Virus record (IMG/VR): IMGVR_UViG_3300037141_000314
Coordinates: 3,456 to 67,455 of that record
Reading direction: 5' to 3' (one strand)
Length of the DNA stretch: 64,000 nt
Source: a virus
The position numbers were made by a program, and so were the translations under genes. The number at the start of each line of letters is the position of its first letter. Positions within the stretch are counted from its first letter, which is position 1. Positions 36,711 to 46,410 of this stretch are shown in pieces. The notes below the pieces were generated by a model. That model was given only the letters and a program-made list of their open reading frames with translations. It searched no databases and was not told the DNA's origin.

Positions 36711-38255
36711 TTAAGCGTTCGTATAGCCAGCGAGCGACGTCGCAAACAACCCCTGCTGCGTTACTTCCGCAGCCGCGGCCAGTTCCGCGAGCGTCGGCGC
36801 CGCGTCGATCTCGTTATCGATGGCCGCATAAACGGCCGGGTTCGCGTCCTGCAGCCCGATGCGCGCGAGCTTCTTTTGGGTTTCCTTAACGAACGTGTCG
36901 GACGGGATGTTCTCCGCCAGGATGGCGCTGAGGAATTCCACGTCTTCGGCTCCGCCCTTGTCGGCGAAATCAAAGCCGCGAATATCGGCCGCGATATCGG
37001 CGTACCCGCGGATCGTGAGCACGTCATCGAGAACGCCCTGCATGTCGGTGCGCAAATTGTCGCCGAAGCCTTCCTGCGCGTCCTTCGAAGGCGACTTATC
37101 CTGCTCTTTCGAGATTCCCGACTGCGCCGCCGGCGTGGCCCGCCCGCTTCGCGCCTGATCGATCAGGTAGCAGGAGCGGTAAACGTCCTCGCGCAGCTCG
37201 TGTAAACGCTCGCGATGCGTTTGCATCGCCTTGCCTTCAGGCTCCAGCCATTCGGCGCGCGTTTCCTTATCGGGGAAGTGCAGCCACGAAACCTCGCTCA
37301 TCGTCGGCGTGTCGTCGTACGGTCCGAAGATCGCCAGCATGGCGAGCGCGGACTGGAAGATCTGCCAGTCGAGCGCGTTTTCCATATTCAGGTGCTTCAG
37401 CAGCGGCAGCATCACGCGATTGCCGAACCACATACCCTCGGGCGCATCGCAGCGCCGCAAGGGCACGCGGTTCTGATCGCTCAGCGCGTGGCGCCGCGGG
37501 TAGCCCTCGACGAGCGAGGCGTCTTTCTCTTTCGCGGCCGCGGCCGGCCCGGCTTCGTAAAAGACCTCATAGGCGGCGACCTGATCGGGCGTGTAGATGT
37601 ACCAGCAAACGCGCACCTGCGTTTCGCCAAGGAGCACGGCTTCGAAGGTCTGCACCTTGAGAACGGCCCAGATTATATTGCCGTAATCGTCCGTTTTCCA
37701 GTTGAGGACGCACGTCGGATCGTAAGTCAAGATGACCGGATCGAGAGCGCCCGCGGCTTCCTGCTGCGCCAGCGATTCGTACTGCGCGCCCGCGGAGTCG
37801 GGCAGATCGATCAACAGCCACGAAGCGCCGAACACGATCTCGTGCGCCAGCACCTGGCGCCACTTGTCCGCGTACGCGCCGCCGTGGTGATCGCAGTCGA
37901 GCTCCCATTGCGCAATCCAAGCGGCCGTCTCGGCCGGCACCGCGTCCTGCGCCGCTTTGATATCCGCGATCGCGCTGACGCGGGTGAGAATATCCGGCTC
38001 GCGCGCGAACATCGAAGAAACGTACCAGCCCGCGATGTTGCCGAGCAGGTTTGAATAATTGAAGTTTTCCTGACGCGAAGCGAAGACGTCGGCGTGCTCT
38101 TTGACCTTCCGCACGAGAACTTCGCCGCAGTTCTCCTTCAGAAGAGTGCCTCCCGCATAAAGCAGGCCGAGCTTGCGCCAGGCCCCTTTATAGAGGGAGT
38201 ACTCCGGATGCTCGGCATCGAGAGTCTTGATCGGAACTGTGGCTGGAAAGTCCAT
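36711..38255 (-). CDS. portal protein
   Basis: 514 aa after TerL; HPEY......W N-terminus and SG.SK..D motif. Confidence 0.85.
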   Translation of the reverse strand: MDFPATVPIKTLDAEHPEYSLYKGAWRKLGLLYAGGTLLKENCGEVLVRKVKEHADVFASRQENFNYSNLLGNIAGWYVSSMFAREPDILTRVSAIADIKAAQDAVPAETAAWIAQWELDCDHHGGAYADKWRQVLAHEIVFGASWLLIDLPDSAGAQYESLAQQEAAGALDPVILTYDPTCVLNWKTDDYGNIIWAVLKVQTFEAVLLGETQVRVCWYIYTPDQVAAYEVFYEAGPAAAAKEKDASLVEGYPRRHALSDQNRVPLRRCDAPEGMWFGNRVMLPLLKHLNMENALDWQIFQSALAMLAIFGPYDDTPTMSEVSWLHFPDKETRAEWLEPEGKAMQTHRERLHELREDVYRSCYLIDQARSGRATPAAQSGISKEQDKSPSKDAQEGFGDNLRTDMQGVLDDVLTIRGYADIAADIRGFDFADKGGAEDVEFLSAILAENIPSDTFVKETQKKLARIGLQDANPAVYAAIDNEIDAAPTLAELAAAAEVTQQGLFATSLAGYTNA

Positions 38256-38575
38256 CAGATCTGGAGAAGCGAAACCAGCAGCCCTTCGCCGTTAACCGCG
38301 ACATCGACCCAGTAGTCCGCCGCGTTGAGCAGGTTCCCACCGGGCGATTTGAGCACCAGCACGTCTGCGAGTCCGGTCGTTGAAGGCTTCAGAAACGTCT
38401 TCACGACGCCGACGAGCGTCGAGGCGACCAGCGTCGAGGTGCCGAAATGCGCCACGCCGGTTGACGCCGCGATCTGCGACACGATAATCGCGTGGCAGAA
38501 CGTCGGCGCAGACGTGACCTGCACTATCGTTCCGGCGGTGGCAACGGCGATCTTGCCGAGAGGAATGGTGATCAT
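38255..38575 (-). CDS. small virion-associated beta protein
   Basis: Coupled to the portal gene; NGEG.LVS ending. Confidence 0.55.
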   Translation of the reverse strand: MITIPLGKIAVATAGTIVQVTSAPTFCHAIIVSQIAASTGVAHFGTSTLVASTLVGVVKTFLKPSTTGLADVLVLKSPGGNLLNAADYWVDVAVNGEGLLVSLLQI

Positions 38576-38826
38576 TTGGCGTCAACCGCCTTGGCCGGCG
38601 CTGCGCCAAGCGATGCACCAACAGACGAAATCAGCGACGCGAGCGGCGTGGGTTCGGCTGCCTTCACCACGACGGGCGCGGGCGCCTTCGCTGCGGGCGC
38701 ATCCGGCGCAAGCTCGACTTTGAGCTTCGCGAACAGCGCCGCCGCTTTCGCGTGCGTGGCCGGATCGATAGCGCGCTTTTTCGCTTCGTCGAGCAGGAAC
38801 AGGAGAGCTTCTTGGGCTGGATGCAT
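38572..38826 (-). CDS. hypothetical protein
   Basis: AAGGA RBS; Ala/Pro/Lys-rich. Confidence 0.5.
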   Translation of the reverse strand: MHPAQEALLFLLDEAKKRAIDPATHAKAAALFAKLKVELAPDAPAAKAPAPVVVKAAEPTPLASLISSVGASLGAAPAKAVDAK

Positions 38827-39020
38827 ATTGTTTTCCTTTATGTGGGCGGGCGCCGTCTTTCTTCTCCGGACGGCGCGAATCCGAAGCGGCCTTTGCTGGT
38901 TAAAGGTCGGGCGCTGATGCGACTGAACCAGAGCGATAGCCCGAAGTCTCCGTCCTCGGCGTCATACCAGAACAGATATCCGCGAATATTCAGGCGGTAG
39001 ATCGTGATGTCGAATTTCAC

Positions 39021-40376
39021 TTAGAACAGAACGTTCGATTGCGGGCCGCCGCGCTGCTGGACCGGGAACTCGCGATGAATCAAATACCCGAGCGCGTCCG
39101 ATACGTGCGTGCGCCGCGGATCGCGCTTATCGACCGACGCCGTCAAATTGCCCGAAGCGTCCGGCTTCCACGCCACCTGCTCGAAATCGCGGATCAGCTC
39201 TTTGCACTTCGGATCCACGAAAAGCCGCGCCTCGCCGAGCGAGTTGCACAGCATCGAGTTCACCGCGGTGACGCGATCCTTAACCGGCGGATCCGCCGAC
39301 GGAACCTTGAAATTGAAGACGAAGCGCGAATCGTGGCGGAAGTACTCCCGCACCAATTCCCAGTCCGAAGCGCCCGCATGCGTCCGGGCATTGCCGGCCG
39401 CATCGCCGTACACGTTCACGCGGACCTGGCCGCGGTGCTCTGCGTACACGCCGGCGCGCTTCGCAAACTCGGCGCAGGCCTCGCGGATGTTCGAATCCGG
39501 CAGGCAGATCTCGCTGAGTACCCGGACCGTGGCGCAGCGCCTGCCCATCAGCGCTTCCGCCCGCGTGCCCGATTCCTCGATCTGCGCGATCACAGAGCAC
39601 ATCGGATCCACGTTGAAATCGAGAGCCCAGCAAAGCTGGTTCACGTTCAGGAAGCCTTGCGGCGCGATGTTCAGCTCGCGATCGAAGGCGTAATAAATGG
39701 CGCCCGTCGCCATGTTCTCGAAGCTGCCCTGATACTCTTGGCGGAAAGTCTTCTCGTCGAGATCGGAAGCGGAGGATTCGATTTCCTCGCGCGTAACGTT
39801 GCCGCCGTCTTCGGTGGTGAACTGAAACGCCGCCCAGTCGGGCTTTTCGCGCGCCGCCTGCCAGAGGTCGTAGAAGTTGTTTCTGCCCTTCGGCGTGCCG
39901 ATGAAGAGCGCCTTCCCCATGCGGTCGGAAAGCATCGGGCGGATGACCTCGGTCCATGCCTCCCGGTGCATGTCGGCGAATTCGTCCATTACCGCGAAGT
40001 CGAGGCCTTCGCCGCGCAGATTGTCGTAATTATCGGCGCCGCGCAGCGCGATGACCGCGCCGCATTTCAGCACTATCGACAAGTCCGTTTCGTTCGGCCG
40101 GCTGCGCCAGTACGGCCGCGTCAGTGCCTTCAGCGGCTTCCATGCCACGCGCTTGGCTTGCTTATACGTCGGCGCCAGATACCAGCAGGCGCGATCATAA
40201 ACAGGCGTCCTGCTGAAGTCCTTCCTGGTAGCCGCGCGGAGCAGTTCTTCGCACGCCAGAAACGTCTTACCGAACCGCCGGCCCGCAACCAGAACGCGAA
40301 AACGCTTCTGGCTGTTGTAGACATCGGACTGCGGTATCGTCAGATGCACGTCCGGCGGCGGAATGCGCTTTCTCAC
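39021..40376 (-). CDS. terL: terminase large subunit
   Basis: Walker A AGRRFGKT, Walker B VMDE, GTPKG.N, nuclease motifs LDFN and H..DALGY. Confidence 0.95.
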   Translation of the reverse strand: MRKRIPPPDVHLTIPQSDVYNSQKRFRVLVAGRRFGKTFLACEELLRAATRKDFSRTPVYDRACWYLAPTYKQAKRVAWKPLKALTRPYWRSRPNETDLSIVLKCGAVIALRGADNYDNLRGEGLDFAVMDEFADMHREAWTEVIRPMLSDRMGKALFIGTPKGRNNFYDLWQAAREKPDWAAFQFTTEDGGNVTREEIESSASDLDEKTFRQEYQGSFENMATGAIYYAFDRELNIAPQGFLNVNQLCWALDFNVDPMCSVIAQIEESGTRAEALMGRRCATVRVLSEICLPDSNIREACAEFAKRAGVYAEHRGQVRVNVYGDAAGNARTHAGASDWELVREYFRHDSRFVFNFKVPSADPPVKDRVTAVNSMLCNSLGEARLFVDPKCKELIRDFEQVAWKPDASGNLTASVDKRDPRRTHVSDALGYLIHREFPVQQRGGPQSNVLF

Positions 40377-40394
40377 GCATGGCAGCGGGCAGGA

Positions 40395-40979
40395 TCATCG
40401 CTGCTGTGTAAAGACGTTATGTGCCGGCGGTTCTGAGTCATCTTCGTTGGGTGCAACAGCCCTGCGGTATTTCGCTGGCAGCCACGCGCTGAGCAGAATC
40501 GCGAGCAGCTTCGTGTCGGGCCGCCACACGCCGATCTGCTTTCCGTCGGGCGTCATCACGATGCGCTCGCTGATCACTTTCGCGTGCTTTTTTGGAAGCT
40601 TATCTTTGAACGCTTCCGTGCCGTCCGCGAGCGTGCAGCGGATGCGTTCGCGGGGCTCATAGCAGTATTTGCCCTTGTAAACTTCGGGCTCGAAAACGCC
40701 ACGCGCCGCGTACCGCACCGCCCTGTCCTCGAGAAAACCGGCGGCCTCCGGCACGACTGCCTCGAACTTGAGCTGGTAATCCGGCTCCTCCATCCACCGA
40801 TAGTGCTGTGAGCGATGAACGCCGACCGCCTTCGCCGCTGCCGTAACCGAGCACGTAGCGAAAAACGCGGCAAGAAACGGAGCGCGCAGGTCCAGAAGCG
40901 GGCTTTTCCGCGGCGCCTTGCGCTTCGGCGCGGGCGCGGCGGGCGCCTTCTTCGCTGGCTTTTTGCGGGGGGAAGTCAA
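40395..40979 (-). CDS. terS: terminase small subunit
   Basis: FL.....CSVT.AAKAVG..RS..Y.W ... LED.A..A..G ... D.KLL..LL....P.KY; directly upstream of TerL. Confidence 0.8.
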   Translation of the reverse strand: MTSPRKKPAKKAPAAPAPKRKAPRKSPLLDLRAPFLAAFFATCSVTAAAKAVGVHRSQHYRWMEEPDYQLKFEAVVPEAAGFLEDRAVRYAARGVFEPEVYKGKYCYEPRERIRCTLADGTEAFKDKLPKKHAKVISERIVMTPDGKQIGVWRPDTKLLAILLSAWLPAKYRRAVAPNEDDSEPPAHNVFTQQR

Positions 40980-41114
40980 GAGAATTGTTCGGGATTGGAC
41001 ACCGAAAGATAAAGCTCAGAAATAAGCAGAATTCGCTTTACTGTGCCCGGCACCAAGAGCGAACATCACATCGGGCGAACGACATCAACCCCAAAAAGGA
41101 GCACTGAAAGAATA

Positions 41115-41276
41115 ATGAAAACCAAACGGCTCGCACTAACCGCGGAACAGCTCAGGATCATCGAGTATGCACTGAACGTCGCCACCAACGGACGTCACTG
41201 GACGCATGACGAAGCCAACAGGGTCATGATCCTGACCCGATTAGTCAAGGGCGCCCGCGGGCTTCTGGAATCGTAA
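41115..41276 (+). CDS. small hypothetical protein
   Basis: AGGAG upstream; 53 aa. Confidence 0.45.
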   Translation: MKTKRLALTAEQLRIIEYALNVATNGRHWTHDEANRVMILTRLVKGARGLLES

Positions 41277-41350
41277 GTCAACGCAGGATTCCGCGCCGGA
41301 AGGCTTCCGGCAGCCACGAGACGCAGGACCGAATTAAGAGGACAACGACA

Positions 41351-41935
41351 ATGAAAGCCTTCACCCTGGACACAGACAACGGCATCACGCTTTACCCGTC
41401 AATCAAAGCCGCGGGCGACGCCCGACCGGACGGAGCATCAACATTCACCTGCGAGGAGGACCTGCTGCAGTCCCTAAGCGGCAGAACAGGCAACGACCAA
41501 GTCGAGATCTTTAACTCCTTCACGGGCGTAATCCCGGTCAAGAAGTTTATGGATCGCAAGACCGCGGCCCGGCGCATCTGGCGCGAATGCGAAAAGATGA
41601 CGCTCTCGGTCGACCGCGAAACTCCGGTAACGATTCACCTGCAGGAGCTTGTCGAGCCCGAAGCGCCCGCCGCGAAACCCGCGAAGGCGAAGAACGCGAT
41701 GGCACCCGCCGGATCCGCACTGAAGAGCCCCCGCGATAGCAGCAAGACCGCGCAGCTGATCGCGCTCCTGAAAACCGAAGCCGGAATGACGCTCGACGCG
41801 ATCTGCAGCCGTTTCGGCTGGCAGCCGCACACGACGCGGGCGCTGATGAGCGCGGGCGGCGCGATCTTCAAGAAGTACGGCCTCACCGTGATCAGCGAGA
41901 AGGTCGGCGAAGCGCGGACCTACCGGATCGCGTAA
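41351..41935 (+). CDS. DUF3489-like winged-helix protein
   Basis: VKKF.DRKTA..RIW and SKTAQLIALL....G.TL..I....GWQPHT.R; customary neighbour of ParB-MTase/terminase. Confidence 0.8.
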   Translation: MKAFTLDTDNGITLYPSIKAAGDARPDGASTFTCEEDLLQSLSGRTGNDQVEIFNSFTGVIPVKKFMDRKTAARRIWRECEKMTLSVDRETPVTIHLQELVEPEAPAAKPAKAKNAMAPAGSALKSPRDSSKTAQLIALLKTEAGMTLDAICSRFGWQPHTTRALMSAGGAIFKKYGLTVISEKVGEARTYRIA

Positions 41936-41961
41936 GCTGGAGACTACTCTGAGGCTCGAAG

Positions 41962-43299
41962 TTATGCAGCCTTGGGCAGAGACGGCGTCGGCTTCACAGT
42001 CGGCGCCGTCTTTGCTTTTGCCGGCGCGGGATTCACGGCTCGCGCCGTTTTTACTTGTTCGAACGTTTCGCCCGACGCCAGCGTCGCGGTCTTGCCCGTG
42101 TATTCCTGCCAGCGCACCACGATCACGTCAACGTACTTCGGATCCAGCTCCATCAGCAGCGCGCGCCGCTGCGTTTTTTCGCACGCGATCAGCGTGGATC
42201 CGCTGCCGCCGAACAGGTCGATAACGATATCGTCGGCCACGCTGGAGTTTTTCAGCGCGATCTCGATAAGCTCGATCGGCTTCATCGTGGGATGCAGCCG
42301 GTTCGCCGCGGGCTTATTCACCTGCCAGAGCGTCGACTGCGATTTGTTGCCGTACCAGGCGTCTTTCTGGCCGGGCACGTGGCAATAGAAAATCGGCTCG
42401 TGTTGAAACTTGTACCGCGCGAAACCCCAGCCGAACGTGTTCTTCGCCCAGATGATCTGCGTCCGGATCTCGAACCCGGCGCCTTCGATGGCCGCCTGAA
42501 ACTCGCGCTGGAAGGATGAGCCGTGGCAGACATACAGCGAGGCCTGCGGCTTGATCGCCTCTTTGTAGCTGGCAAAGACCTTATCGAGGAACGCCGCAAA
42601 TTCGTCCTGTGTGCGCGCGTCGCCTTCGATCTTCAGCTTGTCTTTGGTGTAGCCCTCATAGTCCACGTTATACGGAGGGTCGGTGAACACCAGGTCGGCC
42701 TTGTCCGCGCCCACGAGCCGCGCCACGGCGTCGGCCGCGGTGGAGTCGCCGCACAGTACCCGGTGCGTTCCCAAAAGCCACATATCGCCCAGCTGGCTAA
42801 CTGGTGCCTCCGGCGGATCCGGAACGGCGTCAGGAAGGGTCAACCCCCCCCCAGCAAACAAAGCACCAATTTCTTGCTCGGTGAAGCCCGTTAGCGCCAG
42901 GTCGTATTCGAGCGCCTGCAGCTCGACCATCTCCGCTTCCACCAGTTCGATATCCCAGGAGCTCTCGTCGGCCGAGCGATTGTCCATCAGCCGGTACGCT
43001 TTTACCTGCGCCGGCGTGAGATTCGTCGCCACGTGCACGGGTACTTCCGTATGGCCCAGCTTGATACCGGCCAGCCGGCGCGTGTGGCCAACGATGATGA
43101 CACCCTTCGCGTCCACCACGATGGGCTGCCGCCAGCCGAACGCCTGGATGCTGGCGGCCACGGTGGCCACCGCGCGATCGGAGAGCGTGCGCGCGTTCTT
43201 CGGGTACGGGATTACTTTGTCGATGGGCCAGATCTCGACCGTCATCGGCTCAGGCGCCTTCGCCGGCGCGGTCGCCGGTACCGCCGTTTTCTTTTTCAA
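41962..43299 (-). CDS. ParB-like domain fused to an amino (N6A/N4C) DNA methyltransferase
   Basis: PYPKNAR...FGW..PI...GH.R ParB/Srx domain; TDPPY, HPTMKP and DLFGGSGST motifs; start codon uncertain. Confidence 0.92.
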   Translation of the reverse strand: MKKKTAVPATAPAKAPEPMTVEIWPIDKVIPYPKNARTLSDRAVATVAASIQAFGWRQPIVVDAKGVIIVGHTRRLAGIKLGHTEVPVHVATNLTPAQVKAYRLMDNRSADESSWDIELVEAEMVELQALEYDLALTGFTEQEIGALFAGGGLTLPDAVPDPPEAPVSQLGDMWLLGTHRVLCGDSTAADAVARLVGADKADLVFTDPPYNVDYEGYTKDKLKIEGDARTQDEFAAFLDKVFASYKEAIKPQASLYVCHGSSFQREFQAAIEGAGFEIRTQIIWAKNTFGWGFARYKFQHEPIFYCHVPGQKDAWYGNKSQSTLWQVNKPAANRLHPTMKPIELIEIALKNSSVADDIVIDLFGGSGSTLIACEKTQRRALLMELDPKYVDVIVVRWQEYTGKTATLASGETFEQVKTARAVNPAPAKAKTAPTVKPTPSLPKAA

Positions 43300-43520
43300 C
43301 TGATCTCCGGCATAGCCTGCACAATCAACTGCATCCGCTTTTTCAGCAGCGTCCGCAGTGCCACGTTTTCGCGCGCCTGCTTGATCGCTTCGGCGTGCCA
43401 CGCCTGCGCGGTGTCGCGCCAGGACGCGGCGTCTTCGAGCAGCGCGGCCTTTTCCTCGAGCCAGGCCTTCCAGTCGTGAGGCGCAATACTTAACAGAGGT
43501 GGTGCTGTTAAGTTATCCAT
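43296..43520 (-). CDS. small coiled-coil protein
   Basis: Coupled to the endolysin and methyltransferase genes. Confidence 0.45.
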   Translation of the reverse strand: MDNLTAPPLLSIAPHDWKAWLEEKAALLEDAASWRDTAQAWHAEAIKQARENVALRTLLKKRMQLIVQAMPEIS

Positions 43521-43917
43521 CGAGCGTCGGGTCCCACGCGCACTGCTGGCCGTTCGCCGCGTAACACCAGCGCGCCTTCACGGCTCGCGTGTCGACGTGG
43601 ATATACCCATCGTGCTCGCGACAGACGCCGATCCCGCCGTTGGCGAACGCGGGAACACACAGGGCGACCCTATACATCTCCGCTGGTACCATTCCCTGAA
43701 TCCTGATATCGGCCGCGATCCCGCGCACGTGTTCCGAGTTGGGTACTCCGCCCACCTGAGCGTTGTGGATTGCGCAGCGATACGCGTCGTCGACGGTGAC
43801 AGGGACACCGGCGATCGCGCGGAGCGCCTCGAGCGAATCCACTAACGATGGGAGACAACCGTTAACGCCGCAGTGGTGACAAGCCAGCTCGGCGTCGCTG
43901 AAGTGGGCGGAATGCAT
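43513..43917 (-). CDS. endolysin, peptidase M15A family
   Basis: HFS..EL.C..CG, YRC..HN..VGG...S.H..G.AADI and YIHVD motifs. Confidence 0.9.
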   Translation of the reverse strand: MHSAHFSDAELACHHCGVNGCLPSLVDSLEALRAIAGVPVTVDDAYRCAIHNAQVGGVPNSEHVRGIAADIRIQGMVPAEMYRVALCVPAFANGGIGVCREHDGYIHVDTRAVKARWCYAANGQQCAWDPTLDG

Positions 43918-44228
43918 TACGCTTTGGCAGCAGGTGCGGCAGTTGCGGCAACGGCGGGCGCGGTCTTCATCCCCGCAAACGCCTTGATAAGCGAGGCGAA
44001 CAGATTCACGAGAAGCGCGCAGCTGGCCACGGTGGGATTTGGGGAGCTTTCAAGGGCACCGCTTCCCACGTCAATACCGACGAGGACCTTGTTGAGCAGA
44101 ACGGACTGCTTGGTCGCGCCCGGTACCGGCGGCGCGATGGTTTCGATCGCCTGCACTCCCGCCATAAGGGCCGGCGCGTATGCGAGCGTGTCTGCGGTGA
44201 TTTGATTGGTTACTGCAAGTGTGGTCAT
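43917..44228 (-). CDS. putative holin / lysis-associated protein
   Basis: Immediately upstream of the endolysin; amphipathic, PG..K motif. Confidence 0.45.
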   Translation of the reverse strand: MTTLAVTNQITADTLAYAPALMAGVQAIETIAPPVPGATKQSVLLNKVLVGIDVGSGALESSPNPTVASCALLVNLFASLIKAFAGMKTAPAVAATAAPAAKA

Positions 44229-44409
44229 AAATTGTTAGGTCAGGTCGATCAGCGCGCCGGGCATTCCCGAGCCTCGCGGCGTTCTATGCGCGCCGTCTCG
44301 TTTGACGGCCAGATCCGGATACATCTTCGGCGCCAATACCATCCAAGCCAGATCGCGCCGCTTTCCGGATCGATCATTCTTTGAAAGCCGAAGCGAGGAC
44401 GGAGAGATC

Positions 44410-45144
44410 TCATGTAAGATCGATCAGCGCTAGCGAGTCCAGCATCTTCGCGATGCCGGGCCTGTACGATGCCGAGAGCGAATGCTCAAAGTGAACATCG
44501 AGCGCCTGGCCGACGTTGATGGCGTTGAGCCATCCGTTAAAAACCGCAGCCATGCCCGCATGGATAAACTCCGGACGCGGCGGAATATGCGTGACGATAT
44601 CGCGGGTGTTGCTCACACGTACGAGGCAGACGTTCTCGTCGCAATGCGCCTTCCACGCCACGTCGCCGACCCGCGGGCTGGCGAAGACGATGCACGTAAC
44701 GGGCAGCGAGGTCCCGCCGGCGATGCTGGCAGCCACAAGGGTTGCCGCGGCGGCGCCCAGCGAATGGCCGATGACGCAGAATTCCATGCCGGAGCGCGTG
44801 GGCGCGATAGCAGCGCGGATCGATGGCAGTAACAATTCGAGAAGGCGCTGAAAACCGGCGTGTACTTTAAATCCGCCGACGTCTTCAAGCACCGATTCGA
44901 AATCGTCGACCCACTCGTCCGGCGTTTGCGTGCCGCGGATCGCGATATAGACCACGTTGCCTGCGGTGGCCACGAAGCCGAAATACGGATTGTCCGGCGA
45001 GATCTTCCCGAGGGGGCGGTCAAGTTGAATTGACCGGATCAACGCATAGCCTGCCGGCAGCACCGGCGTTTCGGCAACGACGGTGTACGCGGCCTCGGCA
45101 AGAGGCAGCGCCACGGAAAGCAGGAAGGCTTTATCGATGATCAT
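44410..45144 (-). CDS. class 3 lipase (alpha/beta hydrolase)
   Basis: IAIRGT, VHAGF, GHSLGAA nucleophile elbow, FASPRVG, DIVTHIP, catalytic-like H. Confidence 0.9.
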   Translation of the reverse strand: MIIDKAFLLSVALPLAEAAYTVVAETPVLPAGYALIRSIQLDRPLGKISPDNPYFGFVATAGNVVYIAIRGTQTPDEWVDDFESVLEDVGGFKVHAGFQRLLELLLPSIRAAIAPTRSGMEFCVIGHSLGAAAATLVAASIAGGTSLPVTCIVFASPRVGDVAWKAHCDENVCLVRVSNTRDIVTHIPPRPEFIHAGMAAVFNGWLNAINVGQALDVHFEHSLSASYRPGIAKMLDSLALIDLT

Positions 45145-45437
45145 GATTCCCAGTCCGGGATTTCGACGGTCTGTCCAGCTAGCGCGTGGTGGCAATCGCT
45201 CAGGAACTGGATTCTGCCATCACGCACAAACGAGTGGCACCGGGACGCCGGGACGCTGGCGTTGCAAAGTAACGATGGCGCGAACGTCGGCAGATCAAAC
45301 GATCCGTTCCACGTCCAGTTGATATTGCGTGTACCGCCAACGGTAAAGCCGTGACCGTACCCGCATCCCGGGCAGTGGAACATGTAGAGCTTTGATCCAT
45401 CCGGATTTGTCCCGGCCTCGCGTATCTTCGGCTTCAT
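45141..45437 (-). CDS. DUF6527-like Cys/His protein
   Basis: FHCPGC...H...WTWNG...PTFAPS...CHSFVRDG.IQFLSDCHH.LAGQTV. Confidence 0.75.
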   Translation of the reverse strand: MKPKIREAGTNPDGSKLYMFHCPGCGYGHGFTVGGTRNINWTWNGSFDLPTFAPSLLCNASVPASRCHSFVRDGRIQFLSDCHHALAGQTVEIPDWES

Positions 45438-45646
45438 GTTCGTTTCGCGATCTTCTTCGCCGCTTTCGCGCCGATCCGTTTCGCGACTTTCGCAGCTTTC
45501 ACCGCTGCGGCTGCGGTTTGCCGGATCGACAGCGCGTTGACCGCGACGGTGCTAAGTGTGGCGGCGTCGTACCAGCCCCTGCCGATGGCAGGGGCCTCGG
45601 TCGCCAGCGCAGCGAGCGCCAGCGAACAGATAAGAAGCCGCCTCAT
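45434..45646 (-). CDS. small secreted/membrane protein
   Basis: Signal-like N-terminus and basic C-terminus. Confidence 0.5.
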   Translation of the reverse strand: MRRLLICSLALAALATEAPAIGRGWYDAATLSTVAVNALSIRQTAAAAVKAAKVAKRIGAKAAKKIAKRT

Positions 45647-45653
45647 GTCGGAG

Positions 45654-46238
45654 TTACTTTTGCGCGAGGTTCAGTGCAGCCGCGATTTCGTCGACAACGA
45701 TAAGGATGCTTTGGTCCAGCGCCAGAATCTGCGCTTCGATAGCATTGGGCGCTGCAACGGAAGTGGGAGCGGTCACAACCGGAGGAGGCGCAGGCAGCAC
45801 GACAAGCGGCAGCTGGCCGAATATAGACATCGGGTTGACCGTCACTGTGGCACCGAGCGCGGTAATCGCGGCGACGTTGACTGGAGTGGGGTACGGCGTC
45901 GAGTTCACCGGCGTTTGCGCGAGCGTGGCGGCCTGAACCGCGGCGGCTGTATAGACGTTCGGGGTTGCGAGCTGGCCCTTCGTCATGACGAAGGTATGCA
46001 GGCTGGCGTCCAGATCGTAATACTGATAAATGAAGTCGTCGGTCGCCTTGTCGGTTGCGCCCAGCGCGCGCGTGAAATTCTGGGCGGGTTTCGTGACGTC
46101 GACAGTCGGGCTCGACGTGAGAACCGGAAACTGAAAATACGCAGCGATGGTGGCTGGCTTAGCCGGTGTAACCGTTTGCGCGAAGGCCGAAATGGCGAAA
46201 AGCGCCAATGCGAGAAGGCGTTTCATTTGTTTGGTCAT
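45654..46238 (-). CDS. secreted protein with Sec signal peptide
   Basis: MKRLLALALFAISAFA|Q; C-terminal coiled coil. Confidence 0.65.
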   Translation of the reverse strand: MTKQMKRLLALALFAISAFAQTVTPAKPATIAAYFQFPVLTSSPTVDVTKPAQNFTRALGATDKATDDFIYQYYDLDASLHTFVMTKGQLATPNVYTAAAVQAATLAQTPVNSTPYPTPVNVAAITALGATVTVNPMSIFGQLPLVVLPAPPPVVTAPTSVAAPNAIEAQILALDQSILIVVDEIAAALNLAQK

Positions 46239-46410
46239 AAATTTTTGCGATCACTTACGGACTCGCGGAGCGCAAGCGCTACGACGCTAACCGTCCGCCA
46301 TGTGTCTCTCATCTCAGGCGGCAGGTTTTCCCACGATGGGTAGACATTTTGCTCGCCCAGCCGCGCTCTCAGCCACGCGCGGAAGAGCTGCTCAGCGTAC
46401 GCGTCGCTGG

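Noticed and set aside
39039-40436. 465-aa plus-strand ORF
   Set aside because: Antisense shadow of TerL in high-GC DNA with no motifs. The same applies to 34918-35961, 47277-48281, 48184-49191 and many other overlapping ORFs.
43300-43401. Longer N-terminus of the ParB-methyltransferase
   Set aside because: Overlaps the upstream 74-aa gene; a TTGA-coupled start at 43299 is more consistent with the operon.
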